NCBI GenBank assembly: GCA_050084985.1
Contig: JBITNC010000001.1
Location: forward strand, 10,602,001-10,666,000
Length of the DNA: 64,000 nt
Direction: 5' to 3'
Source of the DNA: Nageia nagi
Lineage: Eukaryota > Plantae > Pinophyta
Shown: positions 46,901 to 57,984 of the stretch, piece by piece
Layout: every line of letters starts with the position of its first letter
Numbering within the stretch: the stretch's first letter is position 1
The notes under the pieces: model-generated
Database searches by the model: none
What the model was told of the DNA's origin: nothing
Seen by the model: only the letters and a program-made list of their open reading frames with translations
Program-made: the position numbers and the translations under genes

Positions 46901-49900
46901 TAAATGCCTATTGAGATTCAGTACGCCTACGACAACTGTGTTTTAATGTGTTCCTGTGTTTTCTATTTTTTGCTGTTATTTTCTGTATGTTTATCAAATC
47001 ATTGGTGATTAATAATAGATGGGCATGCCAAGTACAAAGGGTTATGTTGAAATATTGATCTAAAACATATCAAGGTAGGTCCCAAATGTCCCAGAAAGGT
47101 CAATTAATATTGCAAAAGGTTCTAGGAGGTTGAAACAACTTAAAAAGTGTCAAAACTCAGACTGGGTGGTATGGGAATTTAGAGCCAAACCATAGTCAAC
47201 TTGGAAAGTGCCCAGAATTTGATGAGACAAATGGGGTTATATTTTACATGAACATGTGTATCTAAATCAACAAATTTCATGGAAGAGCACATATTAAATA
47301 AAAATTATGAGCTTCTCAGCAGACTCTTAAAAAAATCTGGAGAGCAAACAGTGAATGACACACAAATATGGGTGTTCCCTTTATTGCCGACATAGTAGAT
47401 ACAATATAGATGTATGATAACAGCGTACTGTGTATCACTAACTATGGACACACAGACACACCTATTCTTCAGTCCGTATGCTTCATTCATGCATATAGTA
47501 GCTATTTTACACTAACATACTTACTGGGTACATGGCGCTTAATTTCAAATTCTCGTTTCACTTCCATGATGTTTTATAAGTCTCACGTGTCTTTTTGCTC
47601 CTTCAACTCACGTGACATCTACCTCAGCATCAATATCTCTAGCAAGGTATCTGAATTTTGTTCTAGACAAGGAACCTCAGCTCTTCATTTGTGTTTTTGT
47701 TGATGACATGGCTAGGACCACTTTTAATTCCAATGAGAGGCTATCAATAGTTGCATACTGGGCCATGGGGCTAATGACACAAGATCTTGTACATATGCCA
47801 TATTGGTTTCAAATTGGGAAGCTAAGGGACTCCAATAAATTGTAGCTAGGCTTTTGTGTTATAATTCATCTGTTTCAGCTCATATACTAACGTAGAAAAT
47901 GTTTTCAGGAATTTGCATTGTGCGTTGATTGGGTATCAGCCAACTAATATGAAGGGTAACAAGCCCCGCAATGTGCACAACAGCATGACAGGGCCAACTT
48001 CAAGCCCCCCTGCAACAGCATCCACATCAAGCCATGGTGTAGAGACATTTGCGAATACTTCTTTCCAAGCAAGTAGCTCAACAGGAATTGGGAACATACC
48101 TCGAAGTAAAATGGCGTCAACACCATCAAATTATGTGCCCCTTTCATCAGGGTTGCAGGTGGAACAAAGGAACGCCTCTAGTCAGCATATGAATGTTGGT
48201 GCAAATAATATAGATGTTGACATTAAGCCAACAGTATTAATCCCTGGTGTTGTAAATCAGTCTCACCATTCAAATTATGTGCCAGCAAATTTGACAGAAG
48301 ATGTGAAACCCGTTGTATCTGAAATGCCCTCAGCTAGGGGTGCATCTCCTAATACAAGTGTCTCTGATGAGATTCCATATGCTCCAGCTTCAGCTCCTTC
48401 TACACCTCCACAACAGAGTTCAGACATTGAAGATATTGCACACAGCTCATTGAGGCGTAGAGGGTGATAGAATGATGGATCAAATTAATGAGGACATCAA
48501 CAATGCCCATGAAAGAGACCAAGGAAGAACAGAAGATTCTGCCAGCAACCTTGAAAGAGATCATTTTTCTTTGATTGGATCACACTCTGCATTTCCCAAC
48601 GGTTGTCCAAGTACAATGTCTAAAACGAAAAGAAAAATTTCAGATGTTATTTCATCTGAGTTGTCCTCTAAGAGGCAGGCAATTGGAAACAATAATGGCT
48701 TGGCAAATGATAATCGTTTGGACATTCAGGTGAGTCTCATCGTAGTTGAGTTATGATGATTCTAGGGGTCCTTGGTAATGTGATTTGGTTTGCCACCTTG
48801 GCTAATGTTTTGAGCATGTAATGTATGCTTGCCTTCCCTATTTTTAAAACAGGTATTTGTACCCCCAAAATTTTAAATGTAACATTAGCCTGTGTAGCAG
48901 ATACACTGATAGGATCCCTAACTTTAGGAAGTTTTATATGAGCATTAATTAGACCATATGCTCTACTGAAGATACAATGATAGGGCTATTTGAACCATAA
49001 TATCAAACAAGCGTAAGTTATATTGGACAACTTGTCTCAAGTGTATTGATAATATCTTTTTTTTTTTAGCATACCAAGAGAAGCTTTTGAGATATGCAGG
49101 TAAGTTGATGATTGTGTAATTTGTTTTTCAGGGTGCATTGGATGATGTGGACATCGGAAGCATCCCTATTAGTGAGGAGCCAGTGACTACTGAGAACGGA
49201 ACTATAAATTGCAAAGAGCTCGAAATGCTTCTAGAAGAAAACAGGAGGCTTCACATGCAGTAAGTTAAAAGAAATTGATATTTAATTGTTGTGTTAAACC
49301 CTTTTCCTATAAATGTAGACCTTTTCCATGATATAAATAATTACCTGAAAAAAGGCACTAAGCAATAGAAAGTTATAGGTAATGGTCAGGAAATCAAAGT
49401 AAAACCAAAATAATTTAAGAATTCTTTGAAAGAATTTAATGTTCATGGTTAAGCAATAGAAAATTATAGGTAATGGTCAGGAAATCAAAGTAAAACCAAA
49501 ATAATCTAAGAATTCTTTGAAAGAATTTAATGTTCATGGTTTGATATTTGATGTCATCGGCAGATGCCGTGTTTTGATTTTTGATGTCACCGGTAGATGG
49601 TGTGTTTAACTCCACTCTCCTCCAATGCCAACTTGACTCCATCTACCGGATTTTGTGTTGTTCAGATTTGATTTTGTACTGCAACTATGAGCACACATCT
49701 TGTCCCATCCTTTTTGCAGATTGTTCATAGATTTCCTGAGCGGATGTTGTACTTCTGCTAGATTTTGTTGAAGAGTGTTAAACACTCAACTCCTTCGTTC
49801 AATGCATGTATAGGGATGAAGTCACATTGTATTGTAACAAGTTTGTATTCATTTTTTTACACATTAATAGCAAGAAAAAAGGCTTTGCAACCTCTTCCTT

Positions 49901-52243
49901 GCATCTCCGCTTGTGTTTCATATTTTGCGGTGTGTAGTGATTAGAAATCACTCCAACGGTGTTATATTTACTTGTTTCATGGCTTATAGGCTAGTGGGTA
50001 CTTGTTCGTTTCTCATTTCATGCACTTGTTTTAGAGATATCCATGTTTGCGACTTGCCACCTTGTATAGATCTGTAACAATTCTACTTGCTTCCGGAGGC
50101 TATAGACTTCGTTCTTGTTCTCCGTTTGATGTGATTCCTTTTGTGTTGTATGGTCCTTTCGAAGACCTTTCCTATGGACAACATCAGCAAAAACAACGAT
50201 TTGCCAGCATGCACTTACCCAGTTCTCCTCAGTTGCAGTCTGTGAACACTTTCACTTTTGCCTGATATTTGCCACATTTATCTTGCTCCATATTTCTTGA
50301 ACCTATATATTTGGAAAGCTGATGTCTTTCCCTGTTCATCCATATATTACACAACACACTTTGAATACAAGTCGTCACCTTGTCGACCTCTTCTTTCGGC
50401 ACTATCTGTCCAGTCCTGTTATGGCAATCCAGTGAACACCGTTCACTCTTTCACAAATCGCCAGAGTTTGACAACTCCTTTTAAGTTGATTCTTTCTCCA
50501 TTGGAAAGTAAGCTTCGCCACCTTTCCAACGGGGTATAACACGACATACTTTGTCATTAAACATCTTTGGCAAAATTGCCAATCTTTGGCGACCATCTAG
50601 TTTTAGGACTATTTTGGCGATCTGGTGAACCAAAACTTCAGAAGCAAATCGCTAGGGATCTGTAGATTGGTTTGAGGTGTGTGAGCACTTGTTGGAAATG
50701 TCTCATCGATGCTTTTCCAACTATATGCTAGACTTGACGTTTTGATCAAGTAAAACTTGGCGAATTTAGCAAATTTGTCATGGTATATTTCTGCAGTTGC
50801 CAAAACTATTTGCCATTATATTTGAGCTCTACAGCGTCAAAAGTTGTTTGTCAGCACTTGGAGGTTGGCGAACGTCAAATTCTTCATTTCACAGCATTAG
50901 AGTACTAAGGTCTTCAGCCTTTCTTCATTCTTCTATTTGCATAACATGACAAACTAATATTTCAAGGCGCTAGACTATAGAACACAAACATAGGAGTCTT
51001 TAAATATCTACCTTCAAATAGTGATCCAAAATACAGGCAGAATACTAAAAATTGATTTAAACAAATGTTTTCACTTTGTGAATTTCATAAAGTTAACATT
51101 AGCAAATGGGCTTTCCAGAATTTGGCGGTTGTTGCATATAAACAGGTATCTCCAGTTCAATACCTCTTTCCTCTCCCCATTTTCTCTAGGGAGATTCCTG
51201 AGCTTGTTCAATTACATGTGCAGAGATATATTTTACTTCAGATATCTAGGCGAGCTAAGTATTCTTAAGGGAGGAGTATTTTCATTCCTCAAGGAATATG
51301 TCAACGCAGCACAGGTTGGGCCACTAAGTTGATGCCTCATTACGTGTAACTACTTGTTGATAATAAAACTTTTTCTTTGTGGAATGACTCGGTATGGAGG
51401 GTAGGGATTTCACCCAGCTTTTCTTATACCTCTTTCGTTTTCTTTTCCATTGGCATTTTTTCTATCCATTTTGTATCTTGTAAGTTATTATATTTACAAT
51501 TAGCGTTAGCAAGTGTTATCATAAAACAAAGTGCACACACAGATGCTAGAAAGAACCTTTAGATGTGTGCCTTCTTTCTGAAGTCTTTCAGATTGGCTGA
51601 AAAACCTTGTTTCACTAGCACATTAATGAAAATAAAAACAATTCATTATCGTAATCAAAGTTAAAAACTCTAAGCATCATGAATGCTCAGTGTGTACTCT
51701 CCAGCGATCCTGGCTGTACCTGCATCTTATAATCCTACACTTTTCTTCTATGTGTTACCTGTAGAATTAACTATAGTTATCTTCAAGGTGTCAAGGTTTA
51801 AATAGGGAAGTCAAGAGAGGAAATTCTTCTCTATTTTTTTTATCGTTCCCAGAATCTACTGGAATATACAGTTTTAGAGTCATTTCAGTTTACTGTGATT
51901 CAATAGTAGTTCTTTCATACTTACACTGAAAATTGACTTAGTATTGTTGCATTTTGCTTGATGTTCATGGCTTGTGCTGTCTTCTTTTTCAGGTGTCTTG
52001 AATACGACACAACAGAGAAAGAACTTCAACAAAAGGTAACTCAGATTTATTTTGTTACTTATCATGTTGTTCTTTTACTGAATGGGATCTTATATAACTA
52101 GGTCTCAAAAATATGGACTGATTATATGTACCATTTTCACTTTAAAGGTTACAGATTTGGAAAATGAACTCCAAGAGGTTCAGAGTGAGTATGCAAAGCT
52201 CATGATCGAGTCTCAGTCTCTCATTGTAAAAGACGAAACTTAG
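19848..52243 (+). CDS. MORC6: MORC6-like microrchidia GHKL ATPase, 3' ten exons (S5-like fold, disordered linker, coiled coil)
   Basis: AG/GT-bounded exons with compatible phases: 19848-19946, 20112-20192, 20368-20514, 20635-20727, 42972-43023, 43226-43337, 47909-48729, 49132-49259, 51993-52035, 52148-52243. The peptides match plant MORC signatures; YILYKPQ and the C-terminus resemble the MORC6 clade (from memory). The ATPase N-terminal exons are not in the window. Confidence 0.92.
20112..20192 (+). CDS. MORC6: MORC exon: DIQLRGAPDDKQFNQQHISNRLRYSLH
   Basis: tgcag|...|gtaagg, 81 nt. Confidence 0.92.
20368..20514 (+). CDS. MORC6: MORC exon: TYSSILYLHMPDNFKIILRGRVVEHHSIGQDLKFPEYILYKPQVGGNKE
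   Basis: tgcag|...|gtttga, 147 nt; SILYL...FKIILRG..VEHH motif. Confidence 0.95.
20635..20727 (+). CDS. MORC6: MORC exon: VSVITTIGFTKEAPLVNVHGFNVYHKNRLIM
   Basis: ctag|...|gtaagt, 93 nt; GFNVYHKNRLI motif. Confidence 0.95.
24260..24267 (+). promoter_or_regulatory. Candidate TATA box for ORF C
   Basis: CTATAAAAG preceded by ACGTGGC, ~200 bp upstream of the first conserved ORF motif. Confidence 0.45.
24450..26440 (+). pseudogene. ORF C, N-terminal part (homologue of ORF A and B)
   Basis: VGDTDWRNVDPI, VIMDFSPEGIEATFGW, EFLPIVAKLI, RFYMNS..YLLLHGK, VYGSEEWPLHLPIYASDRLVLMEF, VWRKKDATINLP, NYDPKGVI. Many stops. Confidence 0.8.
26446..28411 (-). repeat. 3' LTR of element D (1966 bp)
   Basis: Direct repeat of 38224-39479, with internal subrepeats at ~27540-27900. 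Confidence 0.95.
28460..32237 (-). pseudogene. ORF D: extra sense-strand ORF between pol and the 3' LTR (~1250 codons), distant homologue of ORFs A-C
   Basis: ATG at 32237. Motifs VPYESFTCLELL, VLDYSPDSIVQAF, FRHSSYLWWLFVH, RYGYFEKPFFLPKYVTPHL and YDPSG occur in the same order as in A-C, followed by low-complexity and coiled-coil segments. Confidence 0.7.
32730..38045 (-). pseudogene. gag-pol of element D: Gag, protease, extra (archaeal-type) RNase H, RT, RNase H, truncated integrase
   Basis: LPKYDGS...SFEGKAAKWF; CPPCSASHFPYSC; MIDTGTA (~36070); TNNATEYE...VHGD...NQIADAL (35160-35500); CVDFRNLNK, MPFGLSNAGATFQRAM and YLDD (~34210); PIAFHS; TDYFTRWLEA...VSNNG. Confidence 0.95.
38189..38206 (-). 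promoter_or_regulatory. PBS of element D (tRNA-Arg type)
   Basis: TGGCACGCCCGATGGGAC on the minus strand, 17 nt inside the 5' LTR end. Confidence 0.8.
38224..39479 (-). repeat. 5' LTR of element D (1256 bp, internally deleted)
   Basis: Matches 26446-28411 but lacks ~26652-27365. Confidence 0.95.
39485..40740 (+). pseudogene. ORF C, C-terminal part (charged, coiled-coil-like), resuming after element D
   Basis: The frame continues across the CTAAG TSD (...DQGETK|EQRRRG...); ORF pieces 39586-40092 and 40341-40586. Confidence 0.65.
42972..43023 (+). CDS. MORC6: MORC exon: PFWRVFHENSSRGRGVVG
   Basis: tgcag|...|gtaagg, 52 nt; continues KNRLIM-PFW across a 22.2-kb intron. Confidence 0.95.
43226..43337 (+). 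CDS. MORC6: MORC exon: VLEANFIEPAHDKQDFERTAVLLRLETRLKLMTIEYW
   Basis: ttcag|...|gtgtgt, 112 nt; hallmark GVLEANFIEPAHDKQDFER. Confidence 0.97.
43418..44513 (-). mobile_element. Candidate non-autonomous retroposon or retrocopy (~1.1 kb)
   Basis: T10 run at 43418-43427 (poly-A on the minus strand); flanked by AAAGTGAGATC (43407-43417) and AAAGTGATATC (44514-44524); GC-rich 5' end with AAACCCTAA. Confidence 0.55.
46661..46823. repeat. ~160-bp fold-back or MITE-like inverted repeat
   Basis: ACTAGCTTAGATATCTTAAAGACATACATCTAAAA pairs with TTTTAGATATATGTCTTTTAGATATCTAAGGTAGT. Inner arms ATCAATCTCGAGG/CCTTGAAATTGAT and TCTTGGAAG/CTTCCAAGA. Confidence 0.8.
47909..48729 (+). CDS. MORC6: MORC long exon (WNLHCALIGYQ plus disordered linker) containing an apparent +1 frameshift
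   Basis: tttcag|...|gtgagt. ORFs 47913-48467 and 48472-48756 are in different frames. Confidence 0.8.
49132..49259 (+). CDS. MORC6: MORC exon: GALDDVDIG...EMLLEENRRLHMQ
   Basis: tttcag|...|gtaagt, 128 nt; start of the coiled coil. Confidence 0.88.
49360..49541. repeat. 91-bp tandem duplication
   Basis: AAGCAATAGAAA.TTATAGG...GTTCATGGTT occurs twice, nearly identical. Confidence 0.92.
51993..52035 (+). CDS. MORC6: MORC exon: CLEYDTTEKELQQK
   Basis: tttcag|...|gtaact, 43 nt, phase-compatible. Confidence 0.85.
52148..52243 (+). CDS. MORC6: MORC terminal exon: VTDLENELQEVQSEYAKLMIESQSLIVKDET*
   Basis: tttaaag|, 96 nt to TAG; coiled coil resembling the MORC6 C-terminus. Confidence 0.88.
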   Translation, partial: VTDLENELQEVQSEYAKLMIESQSLIVKDET

Positions 52244-54720
52244 CTGGTTGGAAAAACTAAATCTTTTTCCATTTTCTCATTGTAAATGCTATTTGTAGTG
52301 AGTTGCAACTATTTTGAATATGGCAATTTACATCCCATTGTTGGTTATTCGGGTTGATCTGTTGCTTCTTGTCATTATCAACAACTTATTTTGTATTAAG
52401 TAAAGATTGTTGTCCACAACTCCCATGTTTCATCAGGTTTGCTGATTTAAAAACCTTATAAGCCACACTCCAAAGCTTTGATTTTACAGTTTCGAATATG
52501 CTTTTGGTCTCTCTTTCAGAATAGATAAAATACCTGATTTCTGAATCAAAGCTGTCGACAATTTTCTTGATGAAATGCTCTTAACAGTGATGTTCTCATG
52601 TCAACAAAATTGAGTCTTCTGTGTTGCTGAGATGATATACTTTAAAAAGTATTTGACATAAATTATGAGAGTAAATCGAGTTTATAACATTTCTGAGATG
52701 GTGATACAATTTTAAAATAATTTAACATAACTTAGCTTAATTTTCTAGGCACTTCCAAGTATTTACCGTGTATAGATACTGCTATATATAGTACCATTTT
52801 AATCGTGGAAATTTCAAAAACTAATTTTAAGTTAATGTTTACTGTTGCATAATATTTGAAAATCTGTAAAACGAAATGATATAAATTTAGATATCTATAT
52901 CTTAATTCTGCATTTAATGTAAGCATTTGACATCTGGATCTGTTAGCTATCAATGTTAGGAATGAAGAAACATTATTAAGGATTATTAAAATTGAATATA
53001 AAATATAGAATTAGATAATGAATGGATTTGGTGAGCAAGATGAAGGCAAATTGAATGTCAATTATAAGGTGTTATAATGTATTATTATAGTTTTTTGAAG
53101 ATGTGATAAGTATTGTACAAAAAAATATAAATATAATTCGATCATGTTTTGATCCTGTTGCATCTTGTGTGTTATGTTCAATTCTCATTATGAGACATAC
53201 TTGCTATGCAGTGGTCCACTACAGTCGTTCCATAGATTGATGCTGATTTTCTGTGGATGTTAATATACTTTCTTTCTTATGATATATAATACATTAGTTT
53301 TATTCAATATGATTCTTGCTATTTTCAAATACGTTATAAGTTTTAAAAAGTGTTTCATCAAAACTAATAATTTCTCAAATGATATTTTAGTAGATAATTT
53401 GTTTTAAATTCTAAATGATAATTAAATAAATAGAACTTCAAAGAAATTTAATTTATTGTCATATATGTGAATTATATTGGTATTTTCAAAATAAAAGGTA
53501 CAATTTTTAATTATGTTTGTAAATTTTATATAAAGTAGAACATAAGGTTTAAAAGGTATAAATTGAAATTTAATAATAATGTTCTTAGATAACAAAAAAA
53601 AAATGGTCAATGAAAATAGTAGAATATATATATAAAGAGTAAGGGAGTGTCTATAGTGGGTTAGATATCTAAGAGCAATAAGTTGATAAAGAGTGTCAAA
53701 CATAGCATGTTAGCGGTAAAAACTATAAATATGGAAAGTCAAAGGGTTCCTTTAGCATTTGAGAATGAAAAGAAGTCCATGATGTTGCAACCAAAGGAAG
53801 TAACACTAATGGATTAAATAGTAATACATCGACGAGTAACCCTTTCAAAGTTTGTAAGCATTTGACACTTTCGAATCATAGTTTTTTGTAGTCTAAAATA
53901 GGATGTGACAAGTTTGAAACTCGTGTTGCAAGGTTTATTGATGATAACTTTCTATTTGAGGTAGGTGGTTTTTTTGTTATAGGGTGAAGCATTTTTTATC
54001 TTTATAATTCATCCAAGATTTCAAAGTGTGGGCACCTTTGAATAAGCAATGGAATTGACTTTGAATTTTATACTAGATGGGGCAAATAAATATGAAATGT
54101 TCTTTAGTATTCGGTTCCATTTCACATAGTTTGCATATGCATTGGCCTCTAGGGATATAATGGTTTGTCTTGATAAGGAGTTGGTGTGAGCAAACTTTTA
54201 TTTGGTCAAGAGGGAAATTGAGACCAGGTGATATGTTGTTTTATGTAGTTAAGGTTGACTATAGCACCATTCTCTAGTTTCATGTAAACTTGAAGATAAT
54301 GCAAGAGCTTTGATGAGAGCGGTTTTTTTGGTTCATTGCAATTTTTCATCATGTATGTTGAGTAGATTTCTACTCAGAAATGGAAATTTGTGATCATAAA
54401 ATTACTAAAAAAATGTAATGTCTCAAAAGTTATATATGATCTTTCCATATCAAAGATCTTTTTTCCATGATTCCAACAATTTGAACGATATGTCAATCCG
54501 ATCTTCGAATAGTTATTTTGTTAAAAAAAAGGCAAATATTTTATTATCAACACTATATGGTAGGACCCTATGTCGCATCAACATTGTGTGTGGTAAACAA
54601 CCCATGGTGGTAACTGGAGTTAATAGGTGGCCTTCTACAACCCAACCAAAGAGCACATGGAAATCCACAAGGCATGCATTGGCATAGGTGTATGAGCACA
54701 TTGGAGTACAATTGACAGAT

Positions 54721-55913
54721 TGTTGATAGGCTCCAAGCGTGAATGGTTCAAAACCCTAGCACATGAAGCACTCAAACCATCTATGAGCACTCAAAGAATC
54801 TTGAATCATTCAAATCTGACCTTCCTATGATGTGATTTGACAAGAATGACAAAAGAGAGTTTAAATATAGTCTTTTATGCTTCAATGTTGCAAATGATGT
54901 TCAAATTTGAAAGGAAAACAATAAAGATTAGTGGAGACCTCAAATCACAAGCCCTTTGGACCTTGTGATCGTCCAATTAAAGTGAAACCCCAACTCAAAG
55001 AGGCTGTAGGTCCCCTAATCCACAATCAAATGGATGCAGGAAAGATCACAATGCGTCAAGTGCAATAATGATTTAGACTCATAAAGACTATGGACAAATG
55101 CTTAGACAATGATAAATAACAAAGATAATGGACAAAGCTATGATAAAGACAATGTATGCTCAAAGATCTAGCCATATGACAAAGTATGATAACAATGATT
55201 ATGAATTTAAGGCTATAAACAATATATCTAAAATCTAAAATGCAAGAGACATAATCAAGAACCTTCAAGTCCTAGGGTTTGGACCTTAAAGGTCAAACCC
55301 TAGCCTAAAATCGTAAGATGAATTAGCCTAAATAATGCTTATACGATAAGCACAAATGCAAATCTATAACTAAATGAAGGATAAAAGTCTTTAATTAACA
55401 ATGTCTTGAGCTTCAAATCTACAATTAACCATGAAATCAACCATTAATAACCTAAGCAAACCTGAAATAACCAAAAGGTACCTCAATCCATGAAGCATGG
55501 AGAAGTGTGCCCAAGGTTGGAAGAGCAAGGCTCAAGATGTGATGTAGCCTTTGCAATGATGTCACAAAACCCTAGTACAAGCATTGAAAATTGCAGAGAT
55601 CATAGAGTTCATGCAAGAGCATGTCAGAATGCGGAAGAAGAAGCTTGAAATGTGAGCCCACTAGTTTTTATAATACTTAGGATTGTCCGAACGATTATGA
55701 TTCCTGCAGAATCATGTGGATGACTAGCAAGTCATATGGGTGATTGGGAACAAATGTGTTAGCATAACTTAAAGGCCTAAACTGAGTCGATCAAACTGAT
55801 CGAATGACTTAAAAACACACATTAGTCCAACAGGATAGTAGAATACATGATAAATGTTAAAATTTCAAGGTAACCCAATCAACGAAGCGAAATGTGTTTT
55901 TAGGGTGTTTACA
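54721..55913 (-). repeat. 3' LTR of element E (left boundary tentative)
   Basis: Minus strand TGTAAACACCC...TCAACA; TATAAAAA near 55668; directly preceded by a PPT. Confidence 0.6.
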
Positions 55914-55927
55914 GTTGCCCCTTTTTG
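55914..55927 (-). promoter_or_regulatory. Polypurine tract of element E
   Basis: AAAAAGGGGCAAC immediately before TGTA on the minus strand. Confidence 0.7.
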
Positions 55928-56404
55928 TGTTGAGCTTCGAACCTATGAGAAGTTAAGTACAAAAAACTTATTAAACTAGTAAACTGATAATGATAGTCGA
56001 AAATGATAAATGATCTTTGATAGCAAAATGATCAGGATGAGAGTTGGTTTTGGAACATGACAGGCCATATAAGATCATCCTAATCACTTAACCCTAATCT
56101 AATTTCAGCACATGACAGGCCGTATAAGATGAAATTAGCTCTCATGACAATGGACATGTAATAAAAATTTGACAAGTAGATCAAGTAGCCATTAGAACAA
56201 TAAAGTAAAAATTTAATCTAATCTAAGCTAAGCTAAGCTAGGTACGAAAAAGGAAATTATCTTTGCTTTGCCCTAGTAGTCGAAGGGAATGATCTCTGCT
56301 TTGCCCCAACAGTTGAAGGGTGAATGATCATAGGCTCATAGTCCTACCAAGCATAAAACTATAGCACAAGGGCATATGATGCTTGCACAAGAATGATCAA
56401 ACTA

Positions 56405-56640
56405 GATATGATGTTCGAGTATGTTGATCATCAATCAATCATGTCGTGCTGAGTGATAATGTCGAACATGGTGATGTCAGAATGTGTTTATTACCAATCC
56501 ACCATGAAGAGCTGCAAGGACAATGTCAAACATGATGATGTCAAAATATGATGATTTTCATTCCATCATGTCGACCTAAAGTGACCATATTAGGTATGAT
56601 GGTGTCATAATATGTTTATTACCAATCCATCATGTTGAAC
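56405..56640. repeat. Diverged ~64-bp tandem repeat (~4 units) in the 3' region of E
   Basis: ATGATG.TGTCA.AATATG...CAATCCATCATG recurs. Confidence 0.7.
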
Positions 56641-57984
56641 TCATAGTTGTCCAGCGAACATTCACGATGCAAGAAAGGTTGACCATGCATTTGACATGCT
56701 CCTGATGAAGTCGATGATATACCTACGAAAAGCAAAAATTTAATTAGTTTAAAAGTTGTGTGAAGCTCTCCCCTTCAAATGGGAAGGTGTGATGGATGAT
56801 AAGAAAAGAAGCATGATCATTTAGCAGTATAAATCATAAAACTATGCTCACGATCAAAGGTTTACAAAGTGTGACATAGACCAAGCAAATCATCTGGGTG
56901 ATTAAGGATCATCTAGATGATCTGATTAAGGTAAAAATAAAAAATAAAAAGCAAAAATTATGATTTGACTATCGACACTTACTGTTTACTAAGTTACTAT
57001 TCATATTTTGCTGACTATTGAAGACTTGGGTGATAAACCTGTTGAGAGAGTGTTTGACCTGAAGCAGATAGAGACAAGCAAACTAGACAAACATCACTCT
57101 CATGGTGGTGGCGGTAGGGGGAGGTCCACTTGGGGAAGAGCCACCACCAAAAAAGGTGTGGCCCTAGAAACACAACTTTGCTTTATTTATTTTACTACCT
57201 TATTTTTAATGTATTGGTTATTGTTTGTTGTACCTTTTATATCATACATTTTGTTTTCCTTGGTCTACTTGTTATAGCATACTTAGCTAGTGTAAACAGT
57301 AACTTAGGGCTTTAACTTATTAGCCATTCGAAACCAAAAACGATGTAGTCGTAAAACAGGTAAAAACACCTCTTAGGATATGAAACTGACATTGAAAGTA
57401 GAAAAATGCTTCAATGTGTCATGGTATTCTATGTGGTGGCTGTCATTTGATTGTTGATTGGTTGTTTTAACGGATTGCAAGAAATACAACACAGTTTGTT
57501 GAAAGGTTGATTAGGTGAATTGAAAACCCTAGCATAATAGAAAACCAAGCATAGACCATAGGGATAGCAAAAAATACAAACAACGATGGACATTTCAAAA
57601 TTAGCGCACAACCGCAAAACCCTTTTAGAATGTTTGATCATTGAAAAACTTAGCCCAACATAATTGTAAAATAGGGTATTTTTATTGTTGGATAATGATT
57701 TAGTAGTTATTATAAAATAAGTTTTTACTTCGATGCTCAAATTTAAAATTTGAATTGTTATGCATAGGATAATTATTTTTTTCTGAATTTGAACTCTATA
57801 AATAGTCTGGTAGCTGGACGATTCGATTTAGAGGTCATTTGATTGATGGATGATTCACAAATCATCCAGACGATTGGACTACTCGTATGAAATTGGAAAA
57901 CTAGGTCAACCTAGCTGTCCCTTATGAGGATGATTTTGACTTAGGTGAAACTAACAAAAAAAATGAAATGCAATTTAGACGAAA

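Noticed and set aside
49560-51400. TE-like fragments (TTGGCGA/TTGCCA repeats) and short ORFs
   Set aside because: No boundaries or protein motifs could be supported.
52700-54700. AT-rich ORFs downstream of MORC
   Set aside because: No recognisable domains or splice structure; treated as intergenic or decayed repeat.
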